From Trichoplax adhaerens (Eukaryota > Animalia > Placozoa), in contig NW_002060946.1 of the NCBI RefSeq assembly GCF_000150275.1, forward strand, positions 2,747,454 through 2,811,453: 64,000 nt of DNA, given 5' to 3'. Positions 1 through 19,000 of the stretch are shown in pieces. A model generated the notes under the pieces. The model was not told the DNA's origin and searched no databases. It was given only the letters and a program-made list of their open reading frames with translations. The translations under genes were made by a program, and so were the position numbers. Each line of letters begins with the position of its first letter. Positions within the stretch are counted from its first letter, which is position 1.

Positions 1-2779
1 AACCGCAAGTTGTCCGACGGTTTGAATCCGAAATTTGGGGTAGGTAGATTGAAGATTTAATCAAGGAATCATATTAGATCGATCGTATTTTTTTATTAAC
101 TTTCAAAATCGGAGCGTCTAGAAATGTGCTAAAGTCAATTTGAACTCATCGTACAGTAATTTAAATGTAACTTGCAGTCTTGTAATTTATTTACTGTTGT
201 GAGACGTCAATCAAATGGCGCAGTATTGTACGGTCATGAATATCAATCGCATAATAATATAGTAAGTGTACAGTACGTATTACGATGACTGTATTGTATG
301 TCATCTAATTCACTTAGCTACGGCAATGGCGAACAGTCGTTCGCTTGACGGCTTTATTAGGATAGATTTCAGTTTAGGAATTTTGTAAATGCCAATTGTA
401 TGTATCCGTATATAGATTGGTGCAACTTAAGATACTCTTTTAGTGCCACTCGATCAACTCAATTTGTAAGATGTCATCCTAGTAACTTGGCTATTTTATT
501 GAGACGATACTCTTCAATCGTTTGTAACAATGACAGGGTTTAAAGCGATTTGGAGACAAACCGTTTCAATGTTGAATCGATAGACTGCAGTAGACTAAAA
601 CTTTCTTTTATCTGTGCTATCACCATGTATAATATATACAGTGGGTATCACAGACATCACGAATAGTTAACAAACGTATCATCTACTGTCTTGTAGACGT
701 GTTGAGGCCGTTATTGACCCTGCTCAAGTTAAGAGATGAAAAACATAAAAAAAAAATATAATGTACGCCGCTAAAGTTCGATCTCATATTAATTAATTAT
801 ACAAATTTATTTATAATTAAGCCACCTTAATAACTCTTTACTTTAGTCAAACTATATAGTGTAATAGCCATCTATATAAGTATGTGTAATGGCCATCTAT
901 CGATTTATGATTCAAAACTATTAAGTTTTTGTTGACTATTCTCATGCTCAATCCGACTCGCTTCTTAAAATGTTTGATGGTAATGGTACTGTACTTGTAG
1001 TAAAGCATACCTACCGTAATTAATTCGCTGCCGTAGCCTATAATACGGTAGGGAATTACTGGTCTACCTGGACCGGCTTAAGTGCTATCGTGAAAGTGTA
1101 CCAATAGTGGCATAATCTTCAAAAAATGAAATTAAATGAACGGTTATGTTACTCTAAATGATCAAATACGAAAGTACAAACGTGCTCTGCGAATAATATT
1201 GATATAGAGTAAATAAATGCAAATGTAAATCGGTAAAAGGAGTTATTGTATTATCGCGGAACCACGGTGGATGATTCTAATTGCTAGATCATGTTTTTAA
1301 TTCCACTTTTGATCCATGAGTGACTTCTGGCAACATTAAGCTAGCCTGATTTCATGTTAACTTTATTATTGTACAGTACTTTTAGTTCATAGTTAGTGTT
1401 TGATAGTAAACTATCAAGAATCCGGTAGTGTTATAAGACATTAATACCGTGGACGACTTAATCAAAGTCGTACTGATAAATGTCAGTGTGAAGTGAGTAT
1501 GAACAAGTTATGATACCCTTGGATATTTCTTTGTTGATAGATTCAGATTTGCTTATTTAGGTACAGATTTCCACAATGAGTTTATTTACAGCTAATAAAT
1601 ATTATGGATATACTGTATTTTATGGAAGGTTAACCTGGTCGGGATGCAGACAGAATTTCATGACTTGAGGATACAGTCCTTATAATGGTAATTCAATTTT
1701 CAAACCATATTTATTAACCTACTGGGATAATTAATCTGACTTTGGAAAGAAAGGAGAATTAACAAATACTAATTAATTAAGAGCCTTTAGTTCTTAGTTG
1801 CTGTATATTTTACTTAGCTTAAAGTTGTAAAAAATTTACCACAATGATTAGCTACGCTACTGCACCTCTAACGTGATTCGTGATCATAATAACCTGACGC
1901 TTAAATAAATTAAGAAGGAAAGCGTCTCTGTTCAAAAGTGTTATAGCTTTAACGTTGGCATTCTCTAAATTTTTTCAATGTTAATAATTTAATTATAAAT
2001 TTCTTGAATACAATACTTTAGTTATGTGCGTTACTGTGGCCTGAAAATCAAAGAAAGAAATTTTACATTAAGCGTTTCCTTGGTTTAATTATCTATTACC
2101 CGTAAGTAATTATTAGAATTATTCTGTAGTATATTTTTATTTTTTGATAACTTAAATTTCATGCTGTATATCAGCCAAATAATATGAAATACTGGTTTTG
2201 AATGCGCTATCCATATGTTATTATCGCTTGAACACGTTTTAAGTGATGTACCGTAAACCTTATTTCGTTATACTGTATCTCATTTCTATAATTTACCCCA
2301 TGGAGATCTTCATTGTACTACATATTAGGGTGACTACTCGGCAGACAGTAAATTCATCAGTTGTGTTCACACTAGCTGTAGTTAAGTGTTCAGTTAGGAT
2401 AAGAATAGTGCAAATTTTATAATATCACTACTTTAATGAATAAATCTAGATAACTGTTAATAAATAACATCGATGAAACAGCGATGTGTTGTATCATAAC
2501 TACACATCTATATGCAATTGTATTAGTGTAGAACTTTTAATGAATTGTAGGAAGTAAGGTGAGGCATACCGTACGCAGTGTAGAGAATTGAGTATTTATT
2601 TGATATGTCGTGCATTTTATTGAAGTGGTTCTATTCAGTGATGAAATAGCCATGTCTGAGTACCGAATAAATGCAATTTAGATATTTTACTCTATTCGTA
2701 TATGTATCTACAGATAGGAGTAATATGTATTGCTATGCGGTATTCAATTTTTAACGTAGTATTCGTAGTATTCGTAGTA

Positions 2780-3176
2780 CTGCTGGTAAAGATCACTCGT
2801 GATATTTTCTTTTAGCTAATATAACATAGGATAGTACTATAGTTTAGATACAGTAAAAGAAGGTTCACCTTACTTATATACTCGAGTTTCCTTAAATATA
2901 AAAAAAAAATTGCAATGACAACATACAGTACTATTTGACAACGACGGAAAAGGTTATATAAGGATTTACTGTGGGATGGGATAGCAACAGTGCTATCAAA
3001 CAGTTAGTGATTGCCTAAAAGCTGCTGGTAAAGATCACTCGTGATATTTTCTTTTAGCTAATATAACATAGGATAGTAGTTTAGATACAGTAAAAGAAGG
3101 TTCACCTTACTCACATACTCGAGTTTCCTTAAATATAAAAAAAAATTTTGCAATGACAACATACAGTACTATTTGA
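2780..3176. repeat. Direct duplication of ~157 bp (2780-2938 and 3022-3176)
   Basis: ctgctggtaaagatcactcgtgatattttcttttagctaat...catacagtactatttga occurs twice, near-identical, with an ~83-bp spacer. Confidence 0.9.
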
Positions 3177-3472
3177 TGAAAAAGTGTATACGAGAATACT
3201 GATTTTACTATTTCCAGTTCACTAACTTCACACTCATGTACAATCACAACTCGACGCGATTTTCTAATTTATATGAGACCGGATTATCATGAGTCATATA
3301 CGTGTATAAAGTGCAGTATTACCGTGATGTGGATATCAGACTGCTGTAAATAATGTTAATAAGCAAAACGCGAAATCGTCTAATGTCTATAATAATATTT
3401 ATTTTGAACGGTAAATAAATACAATTAGATACTTTTTCTATCTATTGTACGCTATCATGAATGTATGAGCAG

Positions 3473-3607
3473 TAGCCCCATTTGTTTTACACTAAATTTA
3501 TCGCCCACTTGGCTGAAATGGTCCTACTGATGCAGTGTTTCACATTGCATCAGTGGGACTGTTTCAGTGAAGTGGACGAAGAATTTAGTGCAAAACAGAT
3601 GAGGCTA
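3473..3607. repeat. Long inverted repeat / hairpin: 66-bp arms (3473-3538, 3542-3607), 3-nt loop
   Basis: Manual pairing: 54/66 Watson-Crick, 7 G.U on the + strand, 5 mismatches, no indels. Confidence 0.9.
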
Positions 3608-4540
3608 ATGAACAGTGTTGGAATCCTACACCAGTCATTGGCAGGGAAGAGTTTTGAAGGTAGATGGATATCCATGTGATTGTTGTATACTATTGTGTAG
3701 TTGTCTAGGTGTGTGGTGTTCTGTTCTGTAGAAGAGTTTTAACCGTATGATTGCATCAGTGGGACTGTTTCAGCGAAGTGGACGAAAAATTTAGTGCAAA
3801 ACAGTGTTGGAATCCTACACTAGTTATTGGCAGGGAAGAGTTTGAAGGTGGATGGATGGATATCCATTATCCATGCGATTGTTGTATACTGTTGTGTAGT
3901 TATCTAGGTGTGCGGTGTTCTGTTCTGTAGAAGAGTTTTAACCGTATGATTGTATCATTGGAACTGTTTCAGCGAAGTGGACGAAAAATTTAGTGCAAAA
4001 CAGTGTTGGAATCCTACACTAGTTATTGGCAGGGAAGAGTTTTAAAGGTGGATGGATGGATATCCATGCGATTGTTGTATACTGTTGTGTAGTTGTCTAG
4101 GTGTGTGGTGTTCTGTTCTGTAGAAGAGTTTTAACCGTATGATTGCATCATTGGAACTGTTTCAGCGAAGTGGACGAAAAATTTAGTGCAAAACAGTGTT
4201 GGAATCCTACACCAGTTATTGGCAGGGAAGAGTTTTGAAGGTGGATGGATGGATATCCATCCACCTTGTTGTATACTGTTGTGTAGTTGTCTAGGTGTGT
4301 GGTGTTCTGTTCTGTAGAAGAGTTTTAACCGTATGATTGCATCAGTGGAACTGTTTCAGCGAAGTGGACGAAGAATTTAGTGCAAAACAGTGTTGGAATC
4401 CTACACCAGTTATTGGCAGGGAAGAGTTTTGAAGGTGGATGGATGGATATCCATTATCCAATATCCATGCGATTGATGTATACTGTTGGGTAGTTGTCCA
4501 GGTGTCTGGTGTTCTGTAGAAGAGTTTTAACCGTATGATT
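3544..4540. repeat. Tandem repeat, ~193-206-bp unit, 5 copies
   Basis: Units start at 3544, 3750, 3949, 4142 and 4336 (attgcatcagtgg...gaagagttttaaccgtatg) and are highly similar; a partial subunit follows at ~4563-4590. Confidence 0.95.
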
Positions 4541-5067
4541 GATTGTTCTATACCTTTCTGGCGTTGTCCAGGTGACCGGTGTTCTGTATACTGCCCAATT
4601 GCCCCGTGCAGTAATACTGGTACGCAATACATAGCGATAATGGCATACTGTGCAGTATGCAGTCAACAGTAGAGATCGTTTTGACCAGCCTTCCAAGTAC
4701 TATAACTCACTGCCACTATTAACTCTCCGTAACGCATTTTACTGCACAGTAATATACTGTACTATAGCCTACATACGTGACTGTACCTAGTAACACGATA
4801 GACTGAAAAATTTGTTCACCGCGACACAAGACTAAGTTGATTTGGTTGAATTTGGCGCTGGGTTTAAATCCTTCTCTTCTTCATTCTACCCTTCAGTGAT
4901 TTCGTCATTGGATCGTCTTGCCATCTTTTCAACTTTAAAAGTGATATTGACGTACTACTGGTTGTACTACCTGAGTGTTTTATTGATAATAACCAATCAG
5001 TCGACTGCCGCTATACTTGACCATCGAATTGTGTTTGTACACAACAATCTCATAATACTCATACAAA

Positions 5068-10749
<5,682 letters not shown>

Positions 10750-12251
10750 ACCTGCAGTTATGTACAAATTTTCACGTTTATAAAGTTAGACTACTTGCAT
10801 GGGTCAACTATTATATCAAAGTTGTTATTTGCATCGAAATAATATCAATGAAGTTCTTTCTTGTATTTCATGTAACGAAATATTGATTCCTAATGTACTC
10901 TCTTATTATGGAGTTATGTTACAGCCTTTTTAAATTTTACATAATATTTATAGCAGTTTCTGAAAGATCATACATGTACAGATTTAATGTCATGTTCTAA
11001 ATATACCATGCTTGTTATTATGTTGATAAGGATGTTTCTTTATTATATAGTGATTTGTTTAAGGAGTAGAACTGCCTATACGTATGTAACTGTTAAAGCA
11101 TACAAATCTATCTTCTAGATATAATCCTATAATTTAATCATTGACATATTAATACTTAACCAATTACAGTAAGAAACTATTGGTAGCAATTAATCAGCGA
11201 TACGTTATTTTACCCGTATCTTCTGTATACGCACCTCAGGATCTTTTAGAATGTTCATTGATTTGATGCTAAATAATGCGATTATATGGTATACTAATCA
11301 TTTTAAGTACATAAAAAATTGTCCATGATGACCCGAAAATTCGATGCAGTTTACTGGTAGTGTATTACATATATATGTACGCATGTAGACCGCAATGCAC
11401 TGTTCTAATTAAGATTTGTAATAACTACTTAAAATATTGGCTAATAATGGCAAATTCTGGATTTGATATGATCGAATATATGCTCTAGCAGATCGGAATA
11501 AAATATCTGTCCAGTGGATTACTGTTTAATTATTTAAGCCTAAAATTTACATTCTATGTCGGGTTATACAGAGCGATAAATTAAATAAATCTATTAGTAA
11601 AAATAATTTTGAATATACAGATTAACACTTGACGTATTCTGATTAATGAAATTTTAAAGTGTAGATAATATTTTTATTGACAGTTTGAAGTATGTGTAAC
11701 TGTCGTTAAGGAAATATAATTAATATTTACATCATTTAAGCACCAAATACAGGCTAAGTCGAGTTATATTATTTACTATTGTTCATTCTTTTGTTTCCAA
11801 CATATCTTATGAATGACTAAGACAAGTACTAGAAAAAAAGTTAATCTAGACTATATGTATCTATTACCTAAAAATGACACACTTCATATTAATGTAAGCA
11901 TGGCATATATTTATAATTTCGCAATATTGCATAATAAGGATATCGTTTAGTAATAAATAACTTCTAAGGTCAGTTACATTGATATTAAAATATGCATATA
12001 CACGTAATATTTGAAACCACGGCTACTGTGCTGCTAATTCAAACTCCCAGTAATAAGGCTTTCCTAACAGTCTCATTCCTAATGATGACATGATATACAC
12101 TGTATTGTACATGTGTAGATAGGTATCTAAATAGAGCTCTGTCATTTCAAAGATTTAGCCGTAAACGGTGGGTACATTTTTAGTATGAATTAAAATTTCT
12201 TTTATAACAGAATCTTCGATGTATTTTAAGCTTTCAGTTAGCACTTTCTTC

Positions 12252-13753
<1,502 letters not shown>

Positions 13754-14460
13754 ATCGTCGACAATATGATTGTATTCAACTTTGTACTTATGGCGACGTA
13801 TCGTGTACTATCGCTTTGCTAATGTTAATTACAAATAAATTGCTATAGTATTGTGACCTTGTTGATAATTTTCGACGTATAGCAGATACGTCTAGGCAGC
13901 TAGTGGATAGTATGTTACTACACGATCACAAATAGTATCCGTTACCGAAATATTACTGCTGATGATGCTTCCTGCTAGAATCTTGGTTTAATATGGCACA
14001 GGCGGTAACTTAATTTTTTTTTTTTTTAATTTTTTGAAATGAGTACAACAGGCGATGATGTTTACCAGTCACAATGACGTCTTGCTGAGTTAAAATAGTT
14101 TTATTTACCTCAATCATGAGACACATGATTAAGCGTATGTCGAAAATCGAACGAGAAATACTATTTTTGCACGTGTCAAAATTCAAAATTTTTAGAACGG
14201 TTATTTTCTATTGTTTATATAGATGACGTATCATTCCGTGGGCCAATGAAATTATCAGTAGCAATACGCTTGGCGCTTAGAACAGTCTAGCTACTCTTTC
14301 ACCCGATTTGGACCTTGGTACAGTATGGTAAACTACAGTCAAAGGTAAAATACTATGCAGTACACACCCCGCCTCTACAGAGTACAGACGAGACATAATG
14401 GACACTCATGAACATTTAGACAGTTCTTCTAGTACTCGTAAGAGTAATTGAAATAGTTTC

Positions 14461-14760
14461 TATTTTTAACAGTCGGTTTTAGATCTCACCTTCAGAGTCT
14501 TCACCTAGAGGCCTTTGGTATGCCTGCAGCTCTCTTCTCTCTTTAGTAATCCCTGCCGGTAGCTTGGCAAATAGTTTAGCATCACTAGACGTCTACTTGA
14601 AGGCAGAGATATTTCTTTTGTTAATTAACATGGAACTCGAGAGTGGCGACGAAGAAAGAGACGTCGATAGGGCTTTCGGTAGTAGTATCATGTGATCTCC
14701 ATTTTTGACATTTAGTTTTAGACCTTACCTTTAAAGTCTTCAATTAGAGGCCTTTGGTAT
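14461..14760 (-). repeat. Diverged ~60-bp duplication, each copy containing a minus-strand splice-donor-like site
   Basis: 14461-14521 vs 14700-14760; the minus strand reads taccaaaggcctcta.tgaagact.t.aag|gtragr in both. Confidence 0.6.
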
Positions 14761-16066
14761 TTGGGTAGTGTGTTAAACATTTTGGATCATTAGCCGTTAA
14801 CACGAGCGTGGTATAGTTGTTGTATCCGGGTGGTAAAAATGACCTTGACAGTATGAAAGGCTAATAGTAAAAGGCCGCTTTTCTATATAGTACAGAATAA
14901 GCAATACTATACGCACTAACAGACGCGTATAATAACTGAATATGCCTTATATTATATGAGTCATATTGTAGACGAGTATGTAAATCTGAAGTAATCTAAG
15001 CTATTTTCTTAAAAATGAAAGTCTAAATAAATGAAATAAGCCGACATCGAAGCACGTCATGATGATCCTGATCTTCAAAACATCCATATTAAGATTTAAG
15101 TTTATCGTTTATTAGTGTGATCTAGTTTTATATTATTATCATATATTACAGTATACAGTACGCATAATTGTCAAATGCAGTATGGATAGATTTCAGTAGT
15201 CACGGTATTTATCTAATTATCTGCTATTAGATTGATGTTAAATGTTTATGTTTTATAAATACCTGATATAATAACTCAAAAGCATTTTAAAATAGCAACT
15301 TGTTAAATAACATGGATCGAAATTCTTGCGATAGCAAAAGATAATACATTGATATGCGAATACTCATAAATAGAACGTATCCATTCGCTCGTTAAACCAA
15401 GGAAATATCAATTCAAACATTCATATTTGTTATCAACCAACAACAGAAAAAAATTTTAATAAATTATTACGGCAAGCATTGACTTAAAACTAACATATCT
15501 GTTACAGCTTGTCTAATTTCAAACTATCTAGATAGTAAATGCCAGCATACCAGAAATCTCATTGTTATCATTACATGTACAAGCCAAAAATTTTACTGCA
15601 CTAGTTAACAAGAAAATCATTATATACGGGCCCGTTTCCACAATTAATACATAATTTAATAATAATTAAAATAATATAATTCATGTAATGTTCTAATCAT
15701 CAGTGCAAGTAAAGCTCCGTCGTGTCGCCATTCATTGATGAAGAAGTAATTTAATTACGCCTTTTTTCTATTACAGTTTAATCTGTTAACAATGTTAACT
15801 TATCAACTTGATAAAGCTTCAGTAATCATACCGTTAGCAGAATATATTTTAATCCTTTTCTTTCATAGTCAATCATAATTCCATACATATTAATAATTCA
15901 GACACTTTGTATTCCTCTCACAATGTGCAAATATAATAGTAGTGATGTAAATTAACGTATATATATATATATATCGTATACATATATGTTAAATGTAGTG
16001 TATGCATGTATGATATATCCAATTTAAGGTTGGCTAAAAGATATTATAACCTAGACAATAAATCTC

Positions 16067-19000
16067 TTAGAAATGACTTTGCGGTGTGGTTGGTACATTA
16101 TTGGACGTTTCATGAGCAGCATCAACCGGATCGGGATTAGGAGCTGCTGCTGTTTCTTTAATTAATGTAGTCCGTGAAGACTGTCTTTTAAACAACGGGC
16201 TACTGGAGAAGAAACTTTTTTTCTTTCGCCTCGGTTGCTTATCAGCATCGGAACTACCATCTTCATTCTTTATCGACCTAACATTTCCATCATCTTTTAC
16301 CGTAGATTCATTTTCATTACTGTTGGCTCCATTTACTCTTTCTTCATTCGATTGCACCTCTTCACTACTTTCTAATGGATGGGCTGATTGTCCACCTAGG
16401 ACTGGACTACGTTGCAACTTTACACTATTAAAATGGTTAGCCTTGCTATTTTCAATCTTGTTTATAACAGAACTAGAATTAGGCAGATCAAGGGAACCAA
16501 CCGGGCTACTAGAATAATTTTCATCCGCAAATTCAATGTCTTCATCTTTAACTGCTCCTTGCTTTCCGCTATAAACTCCAATCGAACTGCCATTGTTAGA
16601 GCGCGATATAATATGTATGACATCGCCTTTCTTAAAAGATAATTCATTATCGCCTTCGCGTTCATGATCACGTTTTGCAACTGCGATGATCGATGTAACT
16701 AGAAGATAAATATTACCATTTTATTGCATCTTTCACTTTTAACGATAGTAATACACTAAATTTATACAATGCGTATCACATCAGGTTACAATCTGAGCAA
16801 TTTATGAATACAATTAGGAAACTATAGTGATTGTTTATAATAGCCGTACCAAAAGAATCGCTGATTTGACTTATCGCACTGCTGCTATCAACTGATACTG
16901 GAGATGATCCTTGCATATCTGAACCAACTGTAAATGAGGCACCATCATCTGATTTTGTACTAGCTCGCCTATGTCTTATTTCTCCGAAATCTAATTCAGA
17001 TAAAATCTTGGATCTCTTTCGCCGAGAGTTAGGTATAGTTAGTGAGCTTCTGTCGTGCGTTACCTGCTAATCAATTTCATGGATATAAAGAAGGAGAGAG
17101 AAGGATACATCAACACACTGTTATCATGCAGTTAAATATTACCAAAATTAATGAATGTGTATTCTAGAAAAAGCCTGTCACTCTGAGGGAACTGGATTTC
17201 AAAATAAAACTATTTTTATATCATGTTGTTTCCAATACCGACCTCATCTTGAAAAGTTTCCGCATATTCTTCGTTTTCATCAAAGAAAGTCATTCTTTCG
17301 TCATTAGCTCTATTTATGAAATGTTGAATACTCGCTAGATCTACCAATTTCGTCTTCACTCTGACATCTTCTTGAGGAAATATGGCTTCACTATTTTCAA
17401 TAATAATCTCCATAATATTATTCACTTGCATTTGGTAAGTAATCAATTTTTCTTCAGTAAGTCGCATCAATGTAGGTCCAAAAACAAGGGATAAATTTGC
17501 CGCAGTCATCTTGTTTTGTTCTTCGTGCTCGCTAACCCTGATACGTAATAATAGAATTTTATCAAGATAAGTTAGATACGATAGATATGCGATATATACA
17601 CTTGAGACGGTACGAAATACTTACAGACGAAGAAAGTTAAAAAGCAAGCGCATAACTACTACCACGATATGTGGAAGATCTGATATTACAGATCGAATTT
17701 CTACAATTCTCTTTTCAGATGATTCTTGTTCTTTAAGAGAAATAATTATGTATTAATTGCTAGGTATTGATTAATTTTATATCGTAAAGAGTAAAAGAGT
17801 TAAAGAATGATGTGCGTTACATACTTAAACAGTCTATAAGATCTTCCAATAGCGAAGATGGAAAAAGGGGTGTTGGTAATTCTCTAAAATAACATCTTAA
17901 AACGCCTGCAGCAGCATGTACATATTTCGCATCTCTCACATCTTTTAAAGGATCTTCGCCTATTTTGTAGTCAAATCGATCAAAAAAATTTCATCTTTAG
18001 ACATGCAAGCATATGATAAAGGAATCAATTTCCGATAATTAACTATGAATACCTTTTTCGAACTGCTCTTTTAACGAATTAATATCAACTGATGACCCAG
18101 ATAATCGAAAAATCCCTTGTAAATCTAGTCCTGTTGGGAGAAGCATTAAATCAAAATATTTAACGATGATGTATTAAACATAATAAAGGAGGATATTGCT
18201 TCCGTACAAATATGGATTATTTTAAGGCTACTTGTTTACTGTAAATATATTAGTAGTTATGATATTACCATGAACAGTAATGTATTTAATGCAGCTTTCC
18301 ACCACTAATGGAATTGCTCGTCCTGTCGCCTAATTTAGAAAGCTAATCATTAATCGTTGTCTCAATTAGTTGCTGAACTTAACATAGTTACCTCGAGGTA
18401 TTCGATAACTTCTCCTCCAAAAGTTTTAGGTAAACTTTGGTCAGAAGCACTAAAACGTAAATATTTAGGTTTTATAGTGGTTAATTGATAATCGTAAAGG
18501 TGATTTTTCTATACATATATAGTATAGTAGGTCTAACTATAAATTAAAAGGATCATACGTTTTATGTATGCGAGGGGTATATACTCCATCGACTCCTATG
18601 GTAAAAGTAAGAATAATTAGCATTGGCAAAATACGTAGATTGTTAAAACGTAATCCAATTGAAAGCTGGCTGGCGATTATGCAGTCAGTGAGGAAAAAAA
18701 GCAAGATTGATACTAACCTATGAAATTTACTAATATTTGATGTTCTGTATCCGTCATTGTTAGGAGCATTTTCGAGGTGCAATATACCTTAAAATTCTAT
18801 TCATTTGCAAAATATTATTTATTACCAATACTGCATCTTTACGATACATTAAATTACTTATATCTGTTCGCATAGAGAACGTTTACTGATCAATAAGAGA
18901 CAAATTTAGGTAATTTACCTTCAAATATGCAGACTGTGATTGTTGACGATTTTGAAAACATTGAATAATAGTTGGATTGATATTTAAATCTACAGAAGAA

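Noticed and set aside
1-2770. Possible gene at the window start
   Set aside because: A donor-like site near position 40, but no ORF or exon chain could be supported
3544-4540. CRISPR array or hammerhead-ribozyme satellite
   Set aside because: No unique spacers or cas genes. The minus strand has GAAAC and CTGATGC, but the core is not CUGANGA and the spacing cannot form the three stems
3482-4696. Short ORFs over the hairpin and tandem array
   Set aside because: Frames are not preserved between repeat units; no recognisable domain
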